This document shows, in pieces, positions 10,476 through 20,354 of a stretch of DNA of 60,905 nucleotides; the first letter of the stretch is position 1, and each line of letters opens with the position of its first letter. A model generated the notes under the pieces. It ran no database searches and was not told the origin of the DNA. It was given only the letters and a program-made list of their open reading frames with translations. The translations under genes were made by a program, and so were the position numbers. The DNA comes from an uncultured Desulfobacteraceae bacterium (GTDB taxonomy: Bacteria; Desulfobacterota; DSM-4660; Desulfatiglandales; JALVMZ01), in contig CAYTXJ010000001.1 in the NCBI GenBank assembly GCA_964440775.1, positions 1-60,905 on the forward strand. The letters run 5' to 3'.

Positions 10476-11471
10476 ATGGAATTTACAGCATTTCAGAAAA
10501 AGGCCCTTGGCTTTTTAAGGACTGCCATAAAAAAAGGGAGGGTATCCCATTTCTATCTCTTTTTAGGAAAGAGAGGTGTGGGAAGAAAGGAAGTGGCCTT
10601 GTGGTTTTCAAAGGCGCTAAATTGTAAGGAAGGCATGGGAGAGGTGTGTGGTAGGTGTTCAAACTGCATGAAGATAGAAAAAGAGGTATTTTCTGATGTG
10701 ATATATATAGAGCCTTTGGAAAAGAGCCTTAGGATTCAACAGATAAGGGAGCTTTCATCCATGTTATCTTATCCGCCTTTAGAAGGGAGATTTCGGACGG
10801 TGATAGTGGAAGAGGCAGAGTCCCTTACAGAAGAGGCATCCAATGCATTCTTAAAGATCCTGGAAGAGCCTTCTCCATATAACATATTTATACTTATATG
10901 TCAGAAAAAGGAGCTGTTGCTTCCAACTATTGTTTCCAGGGCACAGAGTGTGTATCTGAGTGACATATCCGAAGGTTCAATTAAGAGTTATCTGATATGG
11001 GAAGGGGTATCAGAATCTGATGCAGCCTTTATTTCCCGCATCTGTCAGGGGAGTATTAAAGATGCCCTTGATCTTATAGAAAGAGGAGTCTCTAAGAAGA
11101 GGGAGAGGTTCCTAAGGATACTGCTTGATCTAAAAGAGGGCTCTCTTAGGGATATATTCAGGTTGATAGAAGATCTTTCTAAGAAGAGCAGGAAAGGGGA
11201 TGATCTGGAATTAGATGATATGATCATAATATGGAAAAGTTTCTTGAGGGATATGATGTTTTGCAGGCTTGGCTTTGAAGATTATATGTTGATAAATCAT
11301 GATCTTTTTCATATCTTTAAAAAGCTTTCACAAGGCTTTTCAGTGGATGATATTATCTCTATTATAAGACTACTTGATCAGTTTCAGAGGGATATGGATC
11401 AGCAGAGGAATACGGAGATATCAATGGAAAGAGCCATCTTTGGAATAAGGGAATTAATAGGAAAGATATAG
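10476..11471 (+). CDS. holB: DNA polymerase III delta-prime subunit
   Basis: 331 aa with an AAA+-like GKRGVGRK, the Zn module CGRCSNC and TIVSRAQ. Confidence 0.85.
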   Translation: MEFTAFQKKALGFLRTAIKKGRVSHFYLFLGKRGVGRKEVALWFSKALNCKEGMGEVCGRCSNCMKIEKEVFSDVIYIEPLEKSLRIQQIRELSSMLSYPPLEGRFRTVIVEEAESLTEEASNAFLKILEEPSPYNIFILICQKKELLLPTIVSRAQSVYLSDISEGSIKSYLIWEGVSESDAAFISRICQGSIKDALDLIERGVSKKRERFLRILLDLKEGSLRDIFRLIEDLSKKSRKGDDLELDDMIIIWKSFLRDMMFCRLGFEDYMLINHDLFHIFKKLSQGFSVDDIISIIRLLDQFQRDMDQQRNTEISMERAIFGIRELIGKI

Positions 11472-11473
11472 TT

Positions 11474-12295
11474 ATGGAAAGAGTAGTTGATATTATTACA
11501 GAAGACAGAAAGAAGGTCTGGTCAGTAAGGATTATCCCTGAAGATGCCAAAATCAAGGAAGGTGATGTGGTCTTGTATGATTCAGGCGATGGGATTAAGA
11601 GACCTGCCCATGTAATTTCCCATGTAAAGAGGGCGTCCTTTAATGAGGTTAAGGAGAGGAGGTCTTGCCGTCCTTTAAATGAGGAGGAGAGAAAGAGGCT
11701 GAGGCAGAAGCCAAGGATTGAGAGGGAGGCAAGAAGAATCTGTGCCATTAAGGTGGAAGAGAAGGGCCTTCCAATGAACTTAGTGGATGTGGAGGCCTTA
11801 ATCGATGAAAATAAGGTCATGATATATTTTACTTCAGAGACAAGGGTGGATTTTAGGGAATTGGTTAGAGAATTGGCTCACCATGTCAGATGTAGAATAG
11901 AGATGAGGCAGATCGGGGTAAGAAATAAGGCAAAGATGGTAGGTGGCATTGGAAACTGTGGTAGAGAGGTATGTTGTAAGGCATTCCTAAGACAGTTTGA
12001 ACCCGTATCCATCAAGATGGCAAAGGAACAGAATCTGCCTCTAAATCCTAATAAGATCTCCGGAGTATGCGGAAGACTTATGTGCTGTCTTACATTTGAA
12101 AACGAATATTATGAGATCAAAAAGAGAGGTCTCCCTAAGCTTGGAGAGAAGATTAATACCATATATGGAGAGGCCAAGGTAATAAGGCATAATATATTTA
12201 GGGAGACTATTACCGTATCCCTGGATTCTGGAAGGGAAAAGGAGATTCCCTACAATGAGATAATAGAGGAAGGAAATGAAGGGAGCGAGGGCTAA
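11474..12295 (+). CDS. PSP1-domain protein (YaaT/RicT-like)
   Basis: 273 aa with RVDFRELVRELAHHVRCRIEMRQIGVRNKAKMVGGIGNCGREVCCKAFL. It sits after holB, as in many bacteria. Confidence 0.8.
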   Translation: MERVVDIITEDRKKVWSVRIIPEDAKIKEGDVVLYDSGDGIKRPAHVISHVKRASFNEVKERRSCRPLNEEERKRLRQKPRIEREARRICAIKVEEKGLPMNLVDVEALIDENKVMIYFTSETRVDFRELVRELAHHVRCRIEMRQIGVRNKAKMVGGIGNCGREVCCKAFLRQFEPVSIKMAKEQNLPLNPNKISGVCGRLMCCLTFENEYYEIKKRGLPKLGEKINTIYGEAKVIRHNIFRETITVSLDSGREKEIPYNEIIEEGNEGSEG

Positions 12296-12297
12296 TT

Positions 12298-14181
12298 ATG
12301 GATAGAGCATTTTATATCACCACACCCATATATTACGTAAATGCAGAACCTCATTTGGGGCACGCCTATACCACTATTGTGGCAGATGTGATTAAGAGAT
12401 TTTATGTGCTTTCAGGATATAAGACCTTTATGCTCACCGGCACAGATGAGCACGGACAGAAGATGGTAAGGGCTGCCAAGGAGAAGGGATATGAGGTTGA
12501 AGAATATGTGGAGAAAATGAGCGGTCTTTTTAAAGAGCTTTGGCCAAAGCTGTGCATTGAGTATGACTATTTTATCAGAACCACATACCCAAAGCATAAA
12601 GAGACGGTAAAGATGATACTTAAGCACGTATATGATAAGGGGGATATATATTTTAGCGAATATGAGGGACTATATTGTTTTGGGTGTGAGAGATTCTATA
12701 CGGAGCGGGAGCTTGTAGATGGGAAATGCCCTGATCATAAGGAGAGGCCAGAGCTTGTGCATGAATCAAACTATTTCTTTAAGATGAGCAGATATCAGGA
12801 CTGGCTTGTGGATCATATTGAAAAGAATCCTGAATTTATCACTCCTGAAAGGTTCAGAAATGAGGTGCTTTCCTTTTTAAAGGAGCCCTTGGAGGATCTC
12901 TGTATCTCAAGACCAAAAAAGAGGCTATCCTGGGGAATACCCCTTCCTTTTGATGAAGATTATGTTACCTATGTATGGTTTGATGCCTTAATAAATTATA
13001 TATCTGCATTGGGATATCCTGATGGAGGGCTGTTTAGAGAATTTTGGCACTATTCCCATCACCTGATTGCAAAGGATATATTAAAGCCCCATGCCATATA
13101 TTGGCCCTGCATGCTTAGGGCAGCAGATATTCCTATCTATAAACAGCTCCATGTGCATGGATACTGGAATGTGCAGGAAGGAAAGATGTCAAAGAGCCTT
13201 GGAAATGTGGTTCGTCCCCTTGATCTTATAAGTATCTATGGAATTGACCCTTTTAGATATTTCCTGATGCGGGAGATGGTCTTTGGAAGGGACTCAGAGT
13301 TCAGCGAAAAGGCACTGGTTGAAAGATTAAATGCAGATCTGGCAAATGATCTGGGAAATCTTTTAAGTAGAGTGCTCACGATGGCACATAAATACCTAAG
13401 TGGAAAAGACCCCAAGGCTCCTTCTGAGATAAGTGTAAAGGAAAGGGAACTGAATGAACAGATGGAGTCTTTAATTTCAGAGTATGAAAGAGATATGAAG
13501 GAGTTTATCTTTCATAGGGCCTTAATTTCCATATGGAAGCTCATAGGCTCTTTAAATAGATATATAGATGAGGAGGCACCCTGGAATCTATTTAAAGAGA
13601 ATGATCCAAGGCTAAATACCGTTATGTATTTTCTAATCGGTGGTCTTAGGGTGATTTCAGGGCTGATATGGCCCTTTATGCCAATGAGTGCTGAAAGGAT
13701 GCAGGAGGCAGTGGGAATAGTGGCTAAAGGAAAACACCTGCGTTTAGAGATGTTAAAGAGGTGGAAAGACATGGAAAGGAATCCGATGCTATCAGAGCCA
13801 CTGCATCTCTTTGAAAGGGTAAGATTTAAAAAAGACAAGGCCAAAAAGGCTGAGGGGTTGAAGAAGATCAGTATAAAGGAATTTTCAAAGATTGACCTTA
13901 GAATCGGAAAGATCATAGGGGCAGACAGTATTGAAGGCTCCAATAGTCTTTTAAAGTTGAAGGTGGATATGGGTGAGGTTAAGACCATGGTAGCAGGGCT
14001 TGCAAGGCACTATAGTCCATCTGAGCTCTTAGGAAGACAGGTAGTGGTGGTGTATAATCTTAAAGAGGCAGAGATTATGGGTGTAAAATCAGAAGGGATG
14101 ATCCTTGCAGCTGAAGATAGAGATGGAATATGTCTTCTTACACCAGATAGAGAGGTAAGCCCTGGTTCAAAGGTAAGATAG
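12298..14181 (+). CDS. metG: Methionyl-tRNA synthetase with C-terminal tRNA-binding domain
   Basis: 627 aa with the HIGH-type motif EPHLGHAY, the KMSKS motif GKMSKSLGN and a C-terminal Trbp111/EMAP-like domain. Confidence 0.95.
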   Translation: MDRAFYITTPIYYVNAEPHLGHAYTTIVADVIKRFYVLSGYKTFMLTGTDEHGQKMVRAAKEKGYEVEEYVEKMSGLFKELWPKLCIEYDYFIRTTYPKHKETVKMILKHVYDKGDIYFSEYEGLYCFGCERFYTERELVDGKCPDHKERPELVHESNYFFKMSRYQDWLVDHIEKNPEFITPERFRNEVLSFLKEPLEDLCISRPKKRLSWGIPLPFDEDYVTYVWFDALINYISALGYPDGGLFREFWHYSHHLIAKDILKPHAIYWPCMLRAADIPIYKQLHVHGYWNVQEGKMSKSLGNVVRPLDLISIYGIDPFRYFLMREMVFGRDSEFSEKALVERLNADLANDLGNLLSRVLTMAHKYLSGKDPKAPSEISVKERELNEQMESLISEYERDMKEFIFHRALISIWKLIGSLNRYIDEEAPWNLFKENDPRLNTVMYFLIGGLRVISGLIWPFMPMSAERMQEAVGIVAKGKHLRLEMLKRWKDMERNPMLSEPLHLFERVRFKKDKAKKAEGLKKISIKEFSKIDLRIGKIIGADSIEGSNSLLKLKVDMGEVKTMVAGLARHYSPSELLGRQVVVVYNLKEAEIMGVKSEGMILAAEDRDGICLLTPDREVSPGSKVR

Positions 14182-14182
14182 C

Positions 14183-16576
14183 CTATTTTTTTGTAAGCCT
14201 ATATACCCCATCCCATCTTTCACCGGGAAGAACAGGCGGTTCCTCTTTAAATTGCATACATCTTTCTATAAAGACATCGGATGGGGTGGTCTTTGCATCT
14301 TTAAATCTCTCATATTCCTTTGATTGATAAAAGTATTCCAAAGCCCTATCCCAGTCCATATTGAGATAATGACGTTGGGCCTCAGAGAATAGCTCCAATA
14401 GTCTTTTTTCACTCTCTGTAAGTTCTCCTCTCTTTGATATAAGTTCATAGATCCTGACCGGTTCCGTCTTTCCCACAACTGTTATTTGGTCAATAAATCT
14501 CACCTCAAACTCATCTATTACCTTTTTAACTGCACCATCTGCAGGGATTTTAGAAAGCAGGGTAAATTCACTTACACACGTATATATCCCATACTGCTTT
14601 CCCGCTGCCTCAAGGCGAGCGGCCAGATTCACCGCATCCCCCATCATGGTGTAGTTCATCCTGAGGGTGCTACCCATATTACCAACCACAATCTCTCCAG
14701 TATTTATCCCGATCCTCATCCTCATACTGTGCACGATCTTAGGCCATCTATCTTCAGGTGCCCAGATATCTGGAGGAAGGGATTTTACATTTCTGAGCGG
14801 TTCTCCAGGCAAGATCTTTTCCTTTTTCCATTTTTCCCTGAGCTCTTCTAAGGCCTCTTGCATCTTAAGTGCCACCCTGCAAGCCCTCAGGGGATGGTCA
14901 GGAAGCTCCATTGGAGCTCCTAAGAATGCAACTATGGCATCTCCTTCGTATTTATCCAGTGTGCCTCCTTCTGAAATCAGTATATCAGTCATCTTGGTGA
15001 GATATTCATTTAAGAGCTCTACAAGGTGATGGGCGGTGAGTTGTTCAGAAAATGTGGAAAAGCTTTCTATATCAGTAAAATAGGCGGTAATTATCCTGGC
15101 TTCTCCTCCCAACTCTGGCATGCTTTCCTTTTTTATCATCTCTTCAATCACTTCAGGAGCAAGATATGTTGAAAAGGTGGCCCTTAGGAACTTTTTGCTA
15201 CGCTCTTCAACCAGATAATGATAGATAGAGAGGGTAATAAATATGAGCACAATGGTAAGCAAGGGATAGACCATATTTACCCACAGGCCATATTTAACAA
15301 ACAGATATCTGGCAACCAATATATGTATTAAAAAGAGGATGAAGGAAAAGAATATCCCCTTAACAGGGCTTACCTTAGAGACTATTAAACCAGTGATAAG
15401 CCCTAATATCACTATTGCCAATAGATCATATATAAATGTCCATCTGGGCTTATTTAGTAGATTTCCGGTCAGGATGTTATCTACAATGGTTGCATGGATT
15501 TCAAGGCCAGGAAATACGGGATCAATGGGTGTGTTTCTGAGATCATAGATACCGGTTGCAGTGGCACCGACAAGCACAATCTTATCTCTAAACAGCCCTT
15601 CAGGATAGTCTCCGTGTAAGATATCTGTAATGGAGATATGGTGGAAGGTCTTTTGAGGACCCAAGTAATTAATCAGGATCTGTCCATTTTCATCTGTTGG
15701 AATAAATATGGGGCCAAACTTTATCCCCTCTATGCCATATCTGGCAACCTTTACAATAGTGGGGGGTCTATCCACTAATTCCCAAAGGCATCTCAGAGAT
15801 AGGGGCATATAGAGACCTTCTCCACATCTTATCACCAGGGGCATCTTTCTTACTACGCCATCGCTATCTGGAAACATATTAAAATAGCCAGAGGAGGAGG
15901 CAGCATCATTTATCTTTGGGATATTGCCCTCTGGGATAAATGCAGTGAAGAAAGGGTTAATTTTCATCTCAGGATCTTCATAGATCACTAAGGGATAGCG
16001 GGAATGGGAGATCCTATCCAGTTGCTCCTCTACCTCCTCTTTGCCTATCTTAAATGGAAGCGATTTTTTGTCCATATGGAAGAAATATCCCAGCACCACC
16101 TTTGAATTGGACTCTTTTATAGAACGGGCTAGGATAAGATCGTGGTCAGAAGTCTCTTTAAGCTCATCAATAAACTGTATTATTGAAGAGTTATTAATAT
16201 TTAGCTTTTTTAATTTGTTTTCCAAAAAATTTAAAAATTTTAAATTAGTGTTTTCATCGGGTTCAAAGAATCCTATATCAAACCCTACAACTCTTGCCCC
16301 TTCATGGCTCAGGATATCAACAAGACGGGCAATCTTGGACCTAGGCCATGGCCATCTGCCTTCTCTATCAAGGCTCTTTTCATCAATCACTGCCATTAAG
16401 ACATAACCAGAGGGGCTCTTAATACCTCTTGAGCGGAAGCGGAGGTCATAACTTTTGAGTTCCATCAATTCAAATATGGGGATACCATAGATAAAGAGAA
16501 TTACCATTGTCGCTATGCATAAGAGGATAAGTGTATAGGGATTTAAAAATATGGATCGCTTAAAGGTAAATTTCAT
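14183..16576 (-). CDS. Membrane CHASE2-sensor class III adenylate/guanylate cyclase
   Basis: 797 aa. An N-terminal TM and a roughly 330-aa extracytoplasmic region with CHASE2-like layout are followed by 3 TM segments and a cyclase domain (ITAYFTDIESFSTF, YEGDAIVAFLGAP, GDAVNLAARLE). Confidence 0.85.
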   Translation of the reverse strand: MKFTFKRSIFLNPYTLILLCIATMVILFIYGIPIFELMELKSYDLRFRSRGIKSPSGYVLMAVIDEKSLDREGRWPWPRSKIARLVDILSHEGARVVGFDIGFFEPDENTNLKFLNFLENKLKKLNINNSSIIQFIDELKETSDHDLILARSIKESNSKVVLGYFFHMDKKSLPFKIGKEEVEEQLDRISHSRYPLVIYEDPEMKINPFFTAFIPEGNIPKINDAASSSGYFNMFPDSDGVVRKMPLVIRCGEGLYMPLSLRCLWELVDRPPTIVKVARYGIEGIKFGPIFIPTDENGQILINYLGPQKTFHHISITDILHGDYPEGLFRDKIVLVGATATGIYDLRNTPIDPVFPGLEIHATIVDNILTGNLLNKPRWTFIYDLLAIVILGLITGLIVSKVSPVKGIFFSFILFLIHILVARYLFVKYGLWVNMVYPLLTIVLIFITLSIYHYLVEERSKKFLRATFSTYLAPEVIEEMIKKESMPELGGEARIITAYFTDIESFSTFSEQLTAHHLVELLNEYLTKMTDILISEGGTLDKYEGDAIVAFLGAPMELPDHPLRACRVALKMQEALEELREKWKKEKILPGEPLRNVKSLPPDIWAPEDRWPKIVHSMRMRIGINTGEIVVGNMGSTLRMNYTMMGDAVNLAARLEAAGKQYGIYTCVSEFTLLSKIPADGAVKKVIDEFEVRFIDQITVVGKTEPVRIYELISKRGELTESEKRLLELFSEAQRHYLNMDWDRALEYFYQSKEYERFKDAKTTPSDVFIERCMQFKEEPPVLPGERWDGVYRLTKK

Positions 16577-16607
16577 GATAATATCTATTTAAAAGGAAAT
16601 AGCACTT

Positions 16608-17372
16608 ATGAGTCAACAATTAAAGGTGGTACTTATCATTGCAGGTTCAGATAGCTGTGGGGGGGCAGGGGTGCAGGCCGATATTAAGACGGCTCACCGC
16701 TTGGGGGCCTATCCAATAACAGCAATTACTGCCATCACCTCCCAAAATTCTAAAGGGATATATGATATCTATAAGATACCTGCAAGAGTCTTGGAGACTC
16801 AGATCGAGGCGGTCTTAGAGGAATATTGGCCGGACTCTGTTAAGATAGGCATGATTTATAGTGTGGAAAATGCCAAGGCACTTAAGAATATCTTAAGGAG
16901 ATATGATCTTAAAAATGTGGTCTTAGATCCTGTAATAGTCTCATCAACAGGTGTATCCCTTATGGAAGAAGGGGTAATAGGGATAGTGAAGGAGGAGCTT
17001 TTATCAATGGTATCAATTGTAACTCCCAATATCTATGAGGCAGAGATCATTTCAGAGACCAAGATAGAGGGTGTTGAGGATATGGAAAGGGCAGCTAAAA
17101 TTATCAAAGATATGGGGCCAGATGTGGTAATAACAGGGGGACATCTCAGAGGAGACCTCTGTTTGGATATCTTCTTTGATGGAGAAAAGATCCATAGATT
17201 TGAACATGGAAAGATAGCCTCAGATGCTACACACGGAACCGGCTGTGTATTTTCCACTGCCCTTGTCACCCATATTGCAATGGGTTATAAGAGAGGGGAA
17301 GCGGTAAAGTTATCGGGAGAGCTTACAGTATCCTCTATACATAGGGGATATGGGGGTGTGGTGTTTCCATAA
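16608..17372 (+). CDS. thiD: Hydroxymethylpyrimidine/phosphomethylpyrimidine kinase
   Basis: 254 aa, ribokinase-like, with AGSDSCGGAGVQADIKT and GTGCVFSTAL. Confidence 0.9.
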   Translation: MSQQLKVVLIIAGSDSCGGAGVQADIKTAHRLGAYPITAITAITSQNSKGIYDIYKIPARVLETQIEAVLEEYWPDSVKIGMIYSVENAKALKNILRRYDLKNVVLDPVIVSSTGVSLMEEGVIGIVKEELLSMVSIVTPNIYEAEIISETKIEGVEDMERAAKIIKDMGPDVVITGGHLRGDLCLDIFFDGEKIHRFEHGKIASDATHGTGCVFSTALVTHIAMGYKRGEAVKLSGELTVSSIHRGYGGVVFP

Positions 17373-17373
17373 A

Positions 17374-17568
17374 GAGAGCTTTGAATTTTTTAAAGCTCTC
17401 AGAAAAAGCTGTAAATGGAATCTGTCATTGCGAGGGTCTTAAAAGACCCGAAGCAATCTGAGAATGGTTCTTGGTTCGAGGTTCGGGGGGTAGAAGGGGG
17501 ATGAGATTGCTTCGCTTCGCTCGCAATGACAGGGGTTGTAGTGTAAAAAGGGTTTATGCAAAGCTCTC
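17374..17568 (+). mobile_element. MITE-like intergenic element, copy B (195 bp, long type)
   Basis: It has the GAGAGCTTTGAA hairpin, AGAAAAAGCTGTAA, the GTCATTGCGAG...CTCGCAATGAC palindrome and ...TTATGCAAAGCTCTC. It is flanked by ATAAA at 17369-17373 and 17569-17573. Confidence 0.85.
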
Positions 17569-17621
17569 ATAAAAGTTTAAGAAACTATTTACAATCTATA
17601 TTAAAGTAATTAGACTTTTTA

Positions 17622-17650
17622 AGAGGGTATGTGAGACCCTCTGTTTTTTG
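17622..17650 (+). terminator. Rho-independent terminator-like hairpin between thiD/repeat and thiC
   Basis: AGAGGGT-ATGTGAG-ACCCTCT forms a 7-bp stem followed by GTTTTTTG. It lies only 27 nt upstream of the thiC ATG. Confidence 0.55.
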
Positions 17651-17676
17651 ATTAATTTATATGGAGATAGCTGATT

Positions 17677-18963
17677 ATGATGACACAGCTTTTGGTTGCA
17701 AGATCTGGAAATAGATCTCCTCAGATGCAGATCATATCGGAAAAAGAAGGTATACCCTTAGAATCTTTAAGGAAAAGGATATCAGAGGGTAAGGTGGTAA
17801 TTCCATCAAATAAGAACCACTCTGATATGGTCCCATGTGGAATTGGACAGGGATTAAGCGTAAAGGTAAATGCCAATATAGGAACCTCTTCAGACAGGAT
17901 TGATCTGGATGAGGAGCTTAAAAAGTTAAAGGCCGCACTGGATGCAGGTGCAGATACTGTAATGGATCTATCAACAGGTGGTGATCTGGACCATATCAGG
18001 AGAAAGATCCTGGAAAATTGCCCTGTTCCACTGGGAACTGTCCCCATCTATCAGGCAGTGATTGAGACTATAAATGAAAAGGGGGGGTTGATACACCTGA
18101 GTGAGGATAAGATATTTGAGGTAATAGAGAGGCATGCAAGGGATGGAGTGGATTTTATCACAGTGCATTGTGGAGTTACCTTAGATGCCCTAACCCTATT
18201 AAGATCTCAAGGGAGAATAACTGATATTGTAAGCAGAGGCGGGGCATTTCTCACCACCTGGATGTTATATCATAAAAAGGAAAATCCTTTATATGAACAC
18301 TTTGACGAGATTCTTTCCATAGCAAAGAAGTATGATGTCACTTTGAGCCTTGGAGATGGACTGCGTCCGGGATCAATTGCAGATTCGACTGACAGGGCAC
18401 AGATCCATGAACTGATCACCTTAGGAGATCTGACTAAGAGGGCATGGGAGGCAGGCGTTCAGGTTATGATTGAAGGTCCGGGTCATGTGCCTCTAAATCA
18501 GATAAGGGAGAATGTTAGGATTCAAAAGAGCCTATGTCATAATGCGCCTTTCTATGTCTTGGGTCCATTGGTAACTGACATTGCAGCAGGGCATGACCAT
18601 GTGGCCTGTGCCATAGGTGGGGCGGTGGCAGCAGAGGCAGGTGCGGATTTTCTCTGCTACGTAACCCCAGCGGAACATCTATCTCTTCCCACTGTAGAGG
18701 ATGTTAGAGAAGGGGTTATAATCACTAAGATAGCCGCACATACAGCAGACATTGCAAGGGGTAATCCAAAGGCAATAGAATGGGACAGAAAGATGTCAGA
18801 GGCAAGAAAGAGGCTTGATTGGAAAACTCAGCTTCAACTTGCTATAGATCCTATAAAGGCAAGAAAGATAAGAGAGAAGTCTCCTCCAAAGCAGCGGGAT
18901 GTATGCACCATGTGTGGAAAATATTGTGCTATTAAACAGGTAAGAGACTACTTCAAAAAATAG
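17677..18963 (+). CDS. thiC: Phosphomethylpyrimidine synthase
   Basis: 428 aa (short form) with the C-terminal CTMCGKYCA cluster motif (CxxCxxxxC). Confidence 0.95.
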   Translation: MMTQLLVARSGNRSPQMQIISEKEGIPLESLRKRISEGKVVIPSNKNHSDMVPCGIGQGLSVKVNANIGTSSDRIDLDEELKKLKAALDAGADTVMDLSTGGDLDHIRRKILENCPVPLGTVPIYQAVIETINEKGGLIHLSEDKIFEVIERHARDGVDFITVHCGVTLDALTLLRSQGRITDIVSRGGAFLTTWMLYHKKENPLYEHFDEILSIAKKYDVTLSLGDGLRPGSIADSTDRAQIHELITLGDLTKRAWEAGVQVMIEGPGHVPLNQIRENVRIQKSLCHNAPFYVLGPLVTDIAAGHDHVACAIGGAVAAEAGADFLCYVTPAEHLSLPTVEDVREGVIITKIAAHTADIARGNPKAIEWDRKMSEARKRLDWKTQLQLAIDPIKARKIREKSPPKQRDVCTMCGKYCAIKQVRDYFKK

Positions 18964-20349
18964 CTATTTCCCTATACAGAAGTTGGAAAAGATTCTTTCA
19001 TAGAGATCTTCCTCTACCACTTCACCTGTTATCCTGGAGATACTGTTTATGGCCTCATTTATTTCCATTGCCACTATCTCAGGAGGTTGATCTGCCCTAA
19101 GCGTCTCTATGGACGCCTCTAATGCCTTCTTTGCCTCTAAAAGCAGATTTTTTTGCCTAAGATTTAATGCAAAGCCTGAAGATTCTTCATCATCACCTCT
19201 AAGGATCAGCTCTGATATTACCCACTTAAGCTCTTCTATCCCTGTTCCTTTAAGTGCGGATATCTTTACATAGGGATGGGACTTTAAAAAATTAGAGATC
19301 TCTCTGAGATCCATAACCGCCGGGAGATCCACCTTATTTATTACAATAACACTCTTTCCTTTAGGTGCACTACTGAGAAGTTGAATATCAAATTCATCAA
19401 TGTCTCTACTCTGATCCAATACAATTAAAAGAAGCTGGGCCTCTGCCATCTTTTTTTTGGCAAGTCTAAGCCCTATCTCTTCTACCTGGTCTTTTGCCTT
19501 TCTAAAGCCTGCGGTATCTTTTACACTCAGGGGGATCCCATTGATATATATGGTAGTCTCTATTATATCTCTTGTTGTCCCTGGCAGAGGTGTTACTATT
19601 GCCTTCTGTTCCTGGCTCAGGATATTTAGCAGACTGGATTTTCCGACATTCACCGCTCCCACAATAACGGTATCTACCCCTTCAAGCCATATCCTTCTGT
19701 TTATATACGCACCTATAAGGTTTTCAATCTCCTTCATTATCTTTCTTTCAATGACATCTGCTATCTCTTCCCTTGGCATCACTTCTGGTTCATCCTCTGG
19801 AAAGTCTATCCCCGCTTCTATATGGGCAAGTATATTCAATAGAGATTCCTTTATGGAAGATATGGATCTTCCAAACTCTCCCTTAAGGTGTTGAGATGCC
19901 AGATGAAGCCCCTTTTCTGACTTGGCATTTATAAGATCCAATATGGCTTCTGCCTGTGTAAGATCAATCCTTCCATTCATAAATGCACGATATGTAAATT
20001 CACCAGGTTCTGCAATCCTCGCTCCCTGCCTTAATATGAGTTCCAAGATCTTTGAAAGCACAAGATGACCGCTGTGTGAATTGATCTCCACCACATCTTC
20101 TTTAGTATAGGAATGGGGGGCCTTCATATAGCTTATGAGGACCTCATCAATAATACTTCTGCTTTCTGGATCCAGCACATTTCCCAAGTAGAGATGATGA
20201 GGTTGGAAGTCCGCTATCGGGTGCTTAGGCAGGAAGATCCTCTCTGCTATCTTCCATGCCTCATCCCCACTTATTCTTATTATTCCAATCCCACCTTTTC
20301 CTATGGGAGTAGAGATGGCAGCAATGGTATCCTTAATGGAAGATCCCAT
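18964..20349 (-). CDS. mnmE: tRNA modification GTPase
   Basis: 461 aa with G motifs GAVNVGKSSL, DTAG and NKVD, and the C-terminal CIGK. Confidence 0.95.
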   Translation of the reverse strand: MGSSIKDTIAAISTPIGKGGIGIIRISGDEAWKIAERIFLPKHPIADFQPHHLYLGNVLDPESRSIIDEVLISYMKAPHSYTKEDVVEINSHSGHLVLSKILELILRQGARIAEPGEFTYRAFMNGRIDLTQAEAILDLINAKSEKGLHLASQHLKGEFGRSISSIKESLLNILAHIEAGIDFPEDEPEVMPREEIADVIERKIMKEIENLIGAYINRRIWLEGVDTVIVGAVNVGKSSLLNILSQEQKAIVTPLPGTTRDIIETTIYINGIPLSVKDTAGFRKAKDQVEEIGLRLAKKKMAEAQLLLIVLDQSRDIDEFDIQLLSSAPKGKSVIVINKVDLPAVMDLREISNFLKSHPYVKISALKGTGIEELKWVISELILRGDDEESSGFALNLRQKNLLLEAKKALEASIETLRADQPPEIVAMEINEAINSISRITGEVVEEDLYERIFSNFCIGK

Positions 20350-20354
20350 TTCTC

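Noticed and set aside
17374-17676. A TPP riboswitch upstream of thiC, prompted by a CTGAGA motif and GGTTC repeats.
   Set aside because: The CTGAGA and its surroundings recur in the same context in repeat copy H, so they belong to the element. The remaining leader is AT-rich with only a simple terminator hairpin.
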